Source: Eledone cirrhosa (taxonomy: Eukaryota). From it: DNA of 64,000 bases. Numbering within the stretch: the stretch's first letter is position 1; the number at the start of each line of letters is the position of its first letter. Below, piece after piece: positions 31,266 through 43,099 of the stretch. Under the pieces are notes generated by a model, which did no database searches, was not told the DNA's origin, and saw only the letters and a program-made list of their open reading frames with translations. The stretch spans positions 39,680,001 to 39,744,000 of the forward strand of contig OZ024747.1 in the NCBI GenBank assembly GCA_964016885.1, written 5' to 3'. The translations under genes were made by a program, and so were the position numbers.

Positions 31266-32790
31266 CAGAGGTTCTCAAAGTGGGCGCTACCACCCACAAT
31301 AGGGCATTGAGAAGGTCCAGGGTCGCTGGAACCTAAGGGTGCATTGGAGGCTTATAGATGATATATTGAATAACATATATAATAAAGTATATTAAATAAC
31401 AAATGATACATATTATATATAAATACTAGCAGTGTATCCCGGCGTTGCACGGGTAAGGACATTGGTAATAGCACCTCCAATGAGAAACGTTTATTTGTGA
31501 GTGCCTGTTAAAAACTCACGAAAATATACCGACAGGAAACTTGTTTTATTTGGAGAAAATTAAGAAGTTGAAAGTACAGTTTAGCTGTCTACGTGCAATG
31601 TTCATAGAAATATTGTTGAGCCCCTTCTTTTCATACTCCTCTGTTTTGGCCTATTGGAGTAAATGTGAAAGAGAAAGTCACAGGTTAAGTTGGCAGAAGG
31701 TTCCAGTGTCATAGCAGAAAGGCGTAGGCTACTTACCTCAAAAGCTCATTGGCAATCTTTCCACTAAGTTACTCTTTCTCTTTATCCCTGTCGGTGCAGT
31801 CCCTTACGAATTTCTCGCGTAGGCCTGGTGTAGATTTGCACCCGATCCATCTCCTCAATGCACCTCTTCGTTCTGTACGCCTTTTGGAGGAAAGAGTGAC
31901 CAGTAGTACGTAGTTCGGTATTATTACGAAAAGGTGTGGCAGATAATCCCGTGTGAACTAAACGCTCGGGAGAAAACTGCTTACCTCGAAAATTCATTCG
32001 CCATCGTTCTTGTCAAGTTGGTATTTGTTGGTCTACAGTTAGATGGAAGACGCACAAAGGGTTAATGTTTATAGGCAAGAAGTGGCAACTGGGCTGGATT
32101 GCCTCGCTTATATTATATATTAAAATAACAGATTAAAGTTTAAGCAAAGAATCGTTGCTTTCACCCATAACGGGATCTTCTGAAACTAAAAAAATCAATC
32201 TGTGAACGCAGAAGTAAATATTTCGAAAAACGTTGCAACCGAAGGAAAACAAGAAGACGATACTTTGGTTCGTGAAGACGTTCCCTGGCAATGAACGGAA
32301 AATAGCAATGAACATAATACGTCATCAATGTTCGTCAGAATGTCGTAATGCAGAGAGCCAGGCATACAGACAGATATTATAAGAGCGCTACGGAGATGGA
32401 TAACGCGCGCCTAACACCCCTTTAACAACAGAAAATTGAAAAATAAAGGCTGCAGTTAATTCTTTAGACCGCAAAGAATATATACATGCAAGTTTGAAGT
32501 CAATCGGAGTAGAAATGTGGATTTGTATAGACTTTGCAAAAATGAGGCCCCACACACACACATACAACTACAGTTTTATATATATGTATAGATAGTAAAA
32601 TAAAAAAATATATAATATTTTTTTATAAACAGTATATATTATATCATTTAATATATATCAATTAACGATTTTATTTAGATATTAGTTACAATTTGCGTGT
32701 AGGCAGGTCTCTCTGGAAATAGGGTTGGGCGCGGTAAGGATATAATGTGGCCGTGAGGGGGCAGTGGTCCAAATAGTTTGAGAACCTCTG
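31266..32790. mobile_element. hAT/Charlie-like MITE interrupted by a Helitron
   Basis: TIRs CAGAGGTTCTCAAA and TTTGAGAACCTCTG; 8 bp TSD degraded. Confidence 0.7.
31426..32592 (-). mobile_element. Non-autonomous Helitron containing an HHR-bearing PLE fragment at 32116-32188
   Basis: TC..ATATATAAAACTG start, CCCGTGCAACGCCGGG hairpin and CTAG end, inserted between A and T. Confidence 0.85.
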
Positions 32791-33400
32791 ATCTAAAGGA
32801 AGAAAGCTATTCAGGATGAAAGCACAACGGATGTTGGACAAAAAGCAAGGCATGCTCATATGGGACAAAATAATTCCTACGATCGAATTCTACACACAAA
32901 TGTTGGTGGGTAACCTTAAGCGGAATAGGGAAATTGATACAAGTAGTCCGATAAATCGCCAGGGTATTATTACTAATAGACAATAGATGCAACGAAGTCA
33001 ACTGACCAACTCGGCGGTCAAATTACAAAAGAATGATGGGAAGTTGGTACGTATTGAGAATTAAGACAGAAGAAAAAAAAGATTGATGGATATAGTTAGA
33101 TAGATAGATAGATTAATATATAGAGAGGGGGAGAAAGAGGATAAAGAAAGAAAGGAAGAGAGAGAGGGGAGAGAGAGGGAGAGAGAGAAGGGGGAAGAGA
33201 GAGAGAATGACAACAGTTTTCATTTCAGAATATTCGCTCTGTGGGTTACAATGATAATATCATTAGAAATACTGCGTAGGCATACAACGGAAGAAGAAGT
33301 CTCAAATGAAATAAGCGCTTGGACAATCCCACGTGTCATTGTTAACGGTATTATAATAATATCATTGGTACACACAGCCTAATTTTAGAATCAAAAGTGT

Positions 33401-33447
<47 letters not shown>

Positions 33448-33768
33448 TTTTTATATGAAACCGTGTGTCGAAAGAAATATTGTTATACTTGGGGAGGGAC
33501 ATATTGTTATAATATAGCCAGAAATAATAACAGAACACATTCACTATTTAGTTGGTTTTCGCTTCTGAATCTTTTAGATTTCCATAGATAATTTATTTGG
33601 CAATCAATGTTTATCATTGATTAACCAGAGGTTAAAAATACAGATATAAATGGTATAAAAGTTTGAAGTTGGAAGGCCAAGACAATGCATGTATGGATAT
33701 AGAATATAAATACAAATGCAAAAGATATTGTTGACAATTAGTCTTTTACCTTAAATTTATTTGAATAT

Positions 33769-33803
33769 CCTTAATTTTCGAGATAATATCTCTTCTTCGG
33801 AGG
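33769..33803 (-). ncRNA. Very minimal hammerhead (U4C)
   Basis: CCU-CCGAAGA-AGAGAU..AUCUC-GAAA-AU-UA-AGG, located 3' of the PLE at 34170-35735. Confidence 0.65.
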
Positions 33804-34169
33804 GAAGTAAAGGGGTTAATCCAGTGTTCTAATTAGCTTGCCAAGTCATGCTGACAGGAAATGGTATAGAGATTCCATCAATCTCTAATGTCAAAGATTG
33901 ATGGTTAGGTGGATGAAGAGTTGTCTCCCTTTAAAAGGGGTTTTGTACATGTATTTTTAAGCGTGTGGGAGAATACGTGAAGGCGTAAGTATGTGTGTGT
34001 GTGTGTGAGTGTGAGAGGATATGTATATACGTAATGTGGGTGCTAGGTGCTCTATCATGTTAAAACTGGTCTTTGTGTGTGTATGTGTGTGTGTGAGAGA
34101 GAATAAGTGGAGGTGTAAGCGTGTGTGTGTGTGTGAGGGGGTGTAAATGTGGGGCTAGGTGCTCTATCA

Positions 34170-35735
34170 TGTTAAAAATTGGGTGTTGAGTTCTAGTCTA
34201 TTAATGATTGGTGGTTGTGTTTTGTCTATAATCAGTGCTTCCTTAATTCTAACATTGCCGAGGTTTCTTTCCTTAACTTCTATCCTAACTGTTATATTTT
34301 TGTCGGTGTTTTTGCATTTCACTAGTCGTTTCTTAAATTAGGAAGCGTTAGTATTGAGGTGTTCTTTTACTCTTATGTGAAGTGGTCTGGTGGTGCTACC
34401 TATGTAGAAATTGCTGCATTTGTCGCATTCTAATCTGTATACGACGTAAGCCTGATGGCATAGATCTGTATTGTTGATGGGGCAGTTGGCTAGCCTGCTG
34501 CGGCTGTCATGTCTGGTGGAGTGTCTTTTGGTTAGCTGTCCGCGTAGAGAAGGTCCTGAGTGGGCTAGTTGGATATCTAGTCCCTCTCGTCTGATAGCTC
34601 TGCGGATGGCTGTTGTTGTTTCTCACTGAAGTGTGGGAGCTTCAGGAAGCAGGTGTTAGTACCTCGGATGTGGTATCCTCTGTTGTTTCTGGCACGGTTC
34701 GCGGTGGACGTCGGGTATCCGTTCAGTTTAAGTACTTCCAGGAAATATGTGGTGTGTGTGTCTCGGTCTCTTGCCTCGGTGCATTTCTTCCGGATATGTG
34801 TTAGTTCGTTCCTTATGTATCCGAACTTAGCGCTGGCTGGGAGGGCCGATCTGAAATGTACGAACAGGTCCCTACTGGCGGCTTTTTTTATAGAAGCAGG
34901 TGTGGATGTTGCCTTCCTCTGTTACCCTGAGTTGGAAGTCCAATAGGGATTGGGATCCGCGGTCATCGGAGTGTTCCATGCTGAACTTTATACTGGCGTC
35001 CATGCTGGAGAATGTCGTGTATATTTTATCCGCTTCCTCACGAGATGATGTAAGGATGAGTATGTCATCTATATATCGGGTGAAGAAGGTATGGGTATGG
35101 CAGGTGTTGAGGGCTCGGCATTCTAGCTGTTTCATATAGGTGATGGCCAGCAGGCCCGATAGGCTGGATCCCATGGGTAATCCTGTTGTCTGTCTGTATG
35201 TGTGGTGGTGGAAGGAAGAAGTACGTGTTGTCCACTGTGATGGACAAAAGCTGGTGTATGTTCGTCGGATGGAGGCCGTAGCAGTGGACGTCTTCTGCGA
35301 CCACGCAGTCCGTCAATAAATCGACAGCTGGATGAGCGGGGACTGTAATGTAGAGAGAGACAACGTCGAGGCTAAAGGTGTATCTATTTAATTTAAGTTG
35401 TTCAGGCTGGAGTTGGTGTAGTCTACGTATGACCTCATCGGAGCTACTGACATCCCCGGGAAAGGTGGAGAGTAGAGGCTTGAGGACCTGGGAGAGGAGC
35501 CAGGAGATTCTCTATAGGGGTCCTTCAATGCTAGAGACGATGGGTCTTATTTGTGTCTTAGTACTATTCTTGTGGGTCTTGATGAGGTGATAGAAAGTGG
35601 GCAGTCTGCTATTTCTAGTGGTGTAGTTGAGCTTAACTTTATTTGGGAGTTGTCTTCTCCTACAGATCTCGAACCAGATGGAGTTGGCCTGTTTTTCGAT
35701 CTGGGCTGCAGTCATATCCGGGATCTCTGTATATA
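34170..35735 (-). mobile_element. Decayed PLE (RT and C-terminal GIY-YIG)
   Basis: RLPTFYHLIKTHK, IRPIVS, SLDVVSLY, GLPMGS.LS, RYIDD, VVYRLECDKC..YIGSTTRPLHIRVKEH. Confidence 0.9.
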
Positions 35736-35834
35736 TATAGTCTATCAAAGTTCTTTTGTCACACATCTGCAACATCATCAGTGGTACTATTATGTTTCCT
35801 CCTAGTGTATTGTAATGTCTACGCCATTTTTATT

Positions 35835-35877
<43 letters not shown>

Positions 35878-36260
35878 TTCTTGTCTCTGTCTCTGCGCAT
35901 GCGTTTGCATTTGTGTATGTTTCGCGAGTGTGTTCGCGTTTGAGTGTATGTGTTTTTGTATTCTATCTTTGTATGAGTTTTTTTTGTATTCTATCTTTTG
36001 TATTCTATCTTTGTTCACTAGTGTGTGTTTATGTGTGTTTGTTTTATTGTACTTGTGTATATATTTAATATATTTATTCATTTATTTGTTTATTTATATT
36101 TCCCTTAAATCAGTATTGTTTGTTTGGGCATGGTTGTTGTTTTTATTCCATTCGTTCTTTCTGTTCAACTTCGGTCTTCTTAGTTCTATCTCGGTTGCTT
36201 CTATGATTTGCCTACCTGTAGAGTCATTTCTATGCTTCGATATTATTTTAATTTCTATGT
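35736..36260 (-). mobile_element. PLE 3' UTR/pLTR abutting the 5' end of the PLE, with degenerate HHR at 35743-35786
   Basis: Similar to 3685-4035 and 7940-8200; CUGAUGA..GAACUUUG. Confidence 0.6.
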
Positions 36261-36603
36261 TGTCTATATTACCGTCATGTCTTTGTCAGGCGTGTTCGTA
36301 TAGTACTGAACCGTTTTTTTTTTTTTAATCCTTTTAGTCAAAGTGTTGGTCTGTTCTTTCTCCTATGCTTCGAGCTGGATCGCCTATGTATGTCGTTGTC
36401 ATGCTTCTGCAAGTACCTTCTGTACATCTTATTCTATAGACTACATTTCTAGTTTTACAATTTATCTGGGGTTCATTTTACATATAACACATTTCTTATT
36501 TGTACAGTGGGTTTTCTTAAAGGGGTATGTCTTGCTATCAGGGGTTTTATGGTAGTTCCTGGCGTTTCTACCACTTTAATCTTCAAGTGGGTCTTTCTCA
36601 GGG

Positions 36604-36606
<3 letters not shown>

Positions 36607-36672
<66 letters not shown>

Positions 36673-36697
36673 GCTCTCTCTCTCTCTCTCTCTCTTA

Positions 36698-36737
<40 letters not shown>

Positions 36738-36742
36738 TCTCT
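36607..36742. repeat. (CT)n microsatellite
   Basis: Direct reading. Confidence 0.95.
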
Positions 36743-37439
36743 TATATATATATGTATGTGCGCATGTGTTATTTACCTAACATAATGTGTGGTCTCGGGA
36801 ACGGAGTTACATCAACATTATGACACTTCTGTAACCAAATATACATGTGTTAAATATGGCTTATAACTAGAAAACATTATTCAAAGGATACCAAACTATA
36901 GATTCCGATATCGCATTTATTAGAGAAAGAATTTCAAATACATCTATTGATTTCTGATTTATGTATCAGATATAGGTACGTTTTTCTATCTATTTTATTT
37001 TATTGTTGTTTTTTTCTGTGGGAAGAGTTATCAATGACGTTTTTATCACCGTTTTCCGTGATGTAATAGATTCGAAGTTTTAACTCTGTAGTGAGTGTTG
37101 CCCACATGTCACCAAAAACAGGAACAATAGATCGTGATATGATATTATAACTCATGTCTTATCACCATATGATTTTCTTTTTAATATTATATATTCTGTG
37201 AGAAGTATATGACAATCAGATTATGGATATCGTGAAGTAGATATTTCTAACAGAATATTTTGGAAGATTCTAAGTATCAGAACTATTAGTAATGTAATTA
37301 TTTAGATATTTAAATCCTCCGCTTAGCATTAATTCTTTTTCCGTAAATATTAATGCAGCAAAGAGAAATTGGATTTGAGCGAAAGCTACGTTTTTTTATC
37401 CTCCCAAGGAGGAGGAGTAAGTTTGACAGAGAAATAAGA

Positions 37440-37600
37440 GTGAGGGGTAGGTTGTAATTGCAGTTAGTTTTCCCAACACCATAATCCATATCATTCACTT
37501 CCCAGTTTTATTTCTTGCTACCCTTGTATTAAGATCCGCCATTGCAATCACTTTGCCTTCTTTTGATATTTTAATCAGTGCCTGATCTACTGAAGTGGTC
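37440..37600 (-). pseudogene. LINE (RTE-like) AP-endonuclease remnant
   Basis: DQAL..KVIAMADLNTRVA..YGVGKTNCN resembles GDFNARVG..GVG..N. Confidence 0.5.
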
Positions 37601-38364
37601 AGTACATACTTATACAGCTATACGAGCGCTCACACACGCACAGACACTTATATAATGTCAATTGGTAAAGAAGCATTAAACTTTTAATATACCCTTACTA
37701 CTTCAGGTGCTAAATTTCCGTAGTTGCAGTTCCTTTCTGTACTTAATGGAATGCCAAAGAACGATCAATTGTGCGTGTGTGCAAGGGTGAGCGTGTGTGT
37801 GTGAGAGGTTTATGCGAGTGTGTGTGCATAAGTTGTGAGCGTGTGTGTGCGGGTGTCATATTGCTCTTGAATGCTTCTGGTAACATGTAGCATATGATGC
37901 ATGGTTGGGCTGTCGGCCATTAAGCCAGTAATCCCACCTAGCCTGTTTGGGGAGGAAAGTAATAGATTTAACCTGCTTCAAAATGAAAATCAAAAGCCGT
38001 CAGATGGAGGAATTCATTAGCATCAGCGACCATCTAATGAAGTTTATATATGCTCGTGCATTTTCAAGTTTACGTAAATACACATGAAAGAAGGATACAC
38101 TTATTGCGGCATTTATACTCTCTCGCCATTTTCATTTATTTTTGCTTACTGCTAGCTTGGCAACTTCAAACATTCAGACCGAGTCTCGTGCCTTTCAAAC
38201 ATATGTATATGTAAAACCTGATGTGCAAAAACCTTTGCACCCATACATTTGTTTTAACTCCACCTCACGCATGACTAGTCAAGAATACGGATCACTTTGA
38301 TCAACATACCTAGTTTTGCGGCAATCGGCGTATCACCTGTGTTTCTGACAATAAAATACCACAA

Positions 38365-38660
38365 CCCCTTGTGACACCTTCTCTAATGGCAACATGGTAC
38401 ATTCAGTTACCAGCTCTGGCTCTGCTGCCCGCCAGGTTGAAGAGGACATACTGGCCAAGTATCGGCTGCTCTCTCATAAGTTTGTGGCAGAGCCTGTAGA
38501 AGTGGATATTTCCGGTGTTCTTGGCCCCTAGACCACATCCTTGCTTACTGCTATCGAAGTGGAGTTGGCTGCCCGCATGTGCGAGCTCCGTGAGGTGGAG
38601 TGATTGTTCTAGAGCGTCTCCTTCGCCGTTTTCGGGGACAATGTATGCTACATCCTGTCG
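38365..38660 (+). pseudogene. CRE-clade retrotransposon restriction-like endonuclease remnant
   Basis: CDT..GSAARQVEE..LAKY..F..VE..GVLGP..SVSFAVFGDN; homologous to 46190-46500. Confidence 0.7.
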
Positions 38661-38934
38661 CTTCAGGACGAAGAGGCGAAGGGTAAGTTAGTTGAAGGTG
38701 GAGGATATCCTATACCTTCGTCGCGCAGAAGGTGTTTTATTGGCGGGAACAGTCCACATTTTTCTATCATCTAAGCTACTGCATCCCACAACTGTAGACA
38801 GTTCAAGTAAACTTCCAGACGGTGTAATGAAAGCAGGACATAAGAAATCAAATTAAAATAATTAGAACGTGTGCTGCTGTCTCATTTATCATTTATCTAT
38901 TTGTTCTTATTCGGGATTGTTGGAAGACTTTCAA

Positions 38935-38946
38935 AACAACAACAAC

Positions 38947-39014
<68 letters not shown>

Positions 39015-39023
39015 TAATAATAA
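38935..39023. repeat. (AAC)n/(AAT)n microsatellite, tail or target of the Tx1 LINE
   Basis: Direct reading. Confidence 0.95.
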
Positions 39024-42000
39024 TGGTTTCTTTATTGGCCACAAGGGCTAACATGAAGAAAAACATTAGAGACGGCAAAGAACAGTACAGGACGATAGAA
39101 AGTGGGTTTTGGCCGTATAAAATGTTATAGCAAGATAGAAACATCAAAAAAATTCAAACAAAAATTCCCCAATAGGGGGGAAAGTTCCGAGAGTCACTAG
39201 TGGCGAAAACCACACAAAAGACCACGGCCACCCCTTTCACTCACCTTTCAACAAACTTACTAGAATACAGCACTTGCCTCTCCACCCTGATTTTCTTCTT
39301 CAAGTGAATCTTGAAAAAGTTAATCAGGGATTGCCCGGAGAGGAAAATGTCCGTCTTCAACCCTCTCAACCTTGTCCACCACAGACTCTCTTTCGCCATG
39401 GCCACCAGGCAGATGAAAACTTCCTGCCCTTCCTCCTCCTTAAAGGAGGATGGCGGGGCTATCTGCACAATGAACTCAGTCGATAACCGGATCCGTCCTA
39501 CATGTGACAGCAAATGTTCGACATAGCTCCACAAGTCAGCAATGTTCGGACACTGAACGAGTACGTGCACAATGGTTTCGTCGTTCTGTGCGCATCTTGG
39601 AAAGGTTCGGCTGACGGCACCTCCGTACCTGTAGAGCTTATCTCGAACCGGCAACGCTCTCTGGCAGCACTGCCAGTCCAGTTATTTCTGAAGTTGTCCA
39701 TAGGCCCCGGGCTGAAAGTTCTCTTGAAGAGAGCGAACAGCTGATCGTCTTCGACGCCCAGGGTCTCCCCGAGAACGTTGTCACTTTTCCCGTTCACTAA
39801 TCCTCTATAGAACGCCGAGGTGGATGTTCCACCGATATTAGTGCCCAGCTGGTAGAAGGCTGGGAGCGCTTGGAGATATTCCAGCTTCCAAGCGCTATCC
39901 CTAGGTCTTTTCCTGATCCAGGACTGCAGCTCCGTTAATGAGACGAGCTGGGGAGAAACACGTCTGGCAAACGGTGACCACACCTATTCACCGTCAAAGA
40001 AGCACCAGATATGTCGCAGCTTCAGCGCGTGTTTGCGCCATTGCATACCCAGCCCTCCACGCAACGGGTGTTGACAGCAGGTGGATCGTCTGACCATGGG
40101 AGCACGTCCCTTCCATAAAAAGTAGAAGATGAGGCGCTCCATTTTTGTCAGTCTTGGGCCGGGGCAAGGCACAACGGTTAGGCGATAGCAGATGACGGAT
40201 GTGATGAACGCATTCGCCACCTCTGCCCGACCTTTCAGGGACAGCTTCTTCTCGGCCCATTTCTGGGTGAGAGAGGCCACCCTGTTCGTCACCTCGCTCC
40301 AGTTTTTCTCCATCTGGAGGTCCAGACCAAACCAGACCCCGAGCAATTTAACCGACCCTTCCGTCCAGCGCCCAAGGACGCTGTCGTGTGGCATGGACTT
40401 GCCTCTCTAGGTACCGAGCTGCAAGCCCACCGACTTTTCCTGGTTTAACTTTGCTCCTATCACTGCTTGCTTCATATTCCTTGAGTGCCGAGGATCTGGA
40501 CATGTCCAGCGCTTGACACCACCACGGTGATGTCCTCGGCGTAAGCCGATACGGATCTCCCACATTCCAGTTCACGTGGGACGTCTCTCATCGCCTTCAA
40601 TTTGTTCAGTAGCGGCTCTAGGGCCAATACGTACAAGAGTGACGAGAGCGGACAACCATGACGGACCGAGCGCATGATACTGAACGGCTGTGATCGATGA
40701 CCGTTCACCTTCACAACTGAGCAGATGTCGCTGTGCATCGCAGCGATCAAATTCCTGGAAATGGGTCCAAAATCAGCCGCCTCGAGGACCGCCGCCAGGT
40801 ACCGATGATCGACCCTATCAAATGCCTTAGATATATTTAAGCTGATCAGAGCCCCACCCGTGCCAGGTTCCTTAACCACCCTCTCTATGATGTATCGCAT
40901 GAGGTGGAGGATGTCGTGAATGGATCTGTCTGGAATGGCACATGTCTGCGCCTCTCTTACCAGATTACTGACTTCAAGCGCCAATCTCGTTGCTAACACC
41001 TTTTCCAAAATCTTGAAATCTGTGTTTAACAGAGTTATGGGCCTGAAGTTGTCTATAACGTCCCCTTTCTTCGGCTTTTTTCTCAACAGCGCCACAGCTC
41101 CCCGACTCACAAAACTGGGAATGCTCTCGTTCTATTGCCAGTTGCATTAGACGTCTGTCAAGAGGTCGCCGAACAAGTCAAGCGCCAACCTCTTTGCTAG
41201 CACCTTAACCAAAATATTAAAGTCTGTGTTTAGCAGAGTTATGGGCCTGAAATTTTCTATTATCCCCCTTGTTCAGATCATTTCTCAGCAGCGCCACTGC
41301 TCATTGGCTCACAGAGCTGGGAATTCTTCCGTTCTGCTAAAAGTAACAGTAGACGGTCGCCAAGAGGTGTTCGAACAAGTCTGGCAGATGTATGTAAAAT
41401 TCGTAGGGCAGACCATCCAAACCAGGCGATTTACCAATTGTGCAGCCAATCATTGCCTCCCGTACTTCAGCAGCTGTTATCGGCTTTTCGCAACACTCAG
41501 TGGCCGAGAGCCGCGGAAGTCCGTCGAGGTAGGCACTGAAGTCCATTCCACGATGCGGCCCGCCATTGCTCCCGAATAGCTGAGCAAAGTGGTGCTGAAA
41601 AGCCGCACACATCTGCTCGGGATTGAGTATTATGCGCCCGTCGTGGTTCGCCAAAGACTGGATCGTGACTTTGTTGCCACGACGCGCTTCAGCCACCCAG
41701 GCCCATTGAACGGCTTTCGTCCCTTCGTATCTGAGAGCACGCACCCTAGCTCTGACAACGCAGCCTTCGTGCTTAGCGTTGAAAAATTGGTTGAGAGCCA
41801 ATTTCGCCGCAAGCGCGTCGGTCGCGATGCCTTTACTAAGGGGCTCGTCTATTTTGCTAACTAGAATTCCTTCTGCTCTATTGTGCTCTGTTACTAGCGC
41901 TTTACTAAACCTAATGGACTCTATTCTAATCGCTCTTTTCAGGTCAAACCACCATTTGTTGTTGACGATGGCCCCTGCCAACGTCTGCTTAACTAATTCG

Positions 42001-42940
42001 CTAATCCGACCTCTGTAAGTTTTGTACGCTGTTAATTATGCGTTTAGTTTCCAGTAACCGGGTCCCTGTCTATGAAGCCTATCTAGGTCAACGACACAGA
42101 TCACGAATTTATGATCCGTCTAGCCGACTATCTTGAATTGTGGACAGCCTATGCTAGACCTATCTATTTCCCTAAAAAATACCCTATTTAAATATGATCA
42201 GGATGACCCGATTCGGTTTGTCCAAGTCCACATTGGCACATTCGGGAAATCCAATCGGTACCTGTCCGACAGTTGAAAACGTCTGAGTAGGTTTGTGAGG
42301 CTTTTATACGCTCCTCCCCTATCCGCTAATCCCACACAATCCCACCGTGCATCTAAGGTCCCGTTCCAGTCGCCCACTAACACTAAAGAGCGGGACGTTC
42401 CAAAAAAGGTCTCCAGACTCCAGAAGAATTCAGGCCTTCCTGCTACTGCTGGGGCATAGACGGCCACTAGCCTGAAAGCTTCACCTTCTCCGCTGGTCAC
42501 GTCCAGTACTACCAACTTACCCTCTGGGTCCAGATTTCTCCGGAACAACACGCCCCTCTCCCCTATCCGGGACGGCTTGTAAATGTGTACACCTCGTAGC
42601 CGCCGAAAATAGGTGCGAATGCCCATGCCTCGGAGATTCTGGTCTCGCTGATGGCCACCACATATATGTTTAGCCACCTGAGATCGTTCAGCAGGTGGCC
42701 CTGCTTGTACGTCGACCCCAGGCCACCTGCAATTATGCTACCTATTCTAAGAGAAGCCATGTCGGCTAGGATAGGAGGAAAACAAGTGAGAGGGGAGAAG
42801 TGCAAAAATTACTTGTGGCTCTTTATAGGAAGGAGTTGGGTGATCTATCCCTCCGACCATTGGTGGGTTTCTCCATGAGAATGTCCGCGAATATTCTTTC
42901 GGTGATGTTCAGTAGTCTCCAATTGATGTGGGAAACATTT
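39024..42940 (-). mobile_element. Tx1-clade LINE, near-complete but disrupted ORF2 (APE, RT, zf-RVT)
   Basis: ISET, VYAP, GDWN, SDH, KSPGLDGLP, NFRPITLLNTD, KAFDRVDH, GCPLS, GGLGM, ET..H.L..C; many frameshifts. Confidence 0.92.
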
Positions 42941-43099
42941 TTTTATGTTATGTAATATTTTGTGTGATTTCTATTATTTTTATGTGTGTGTGTGGGGGGG
43001 GGTGCAATTTTGGTGGTTTTTACGTAGTTTGTTTCTGTGATGTTGGTGTGGTGGTGAATGTAATTTAAAAGCTTTGTGTTGTCTGTGTCTATGGCTGTG

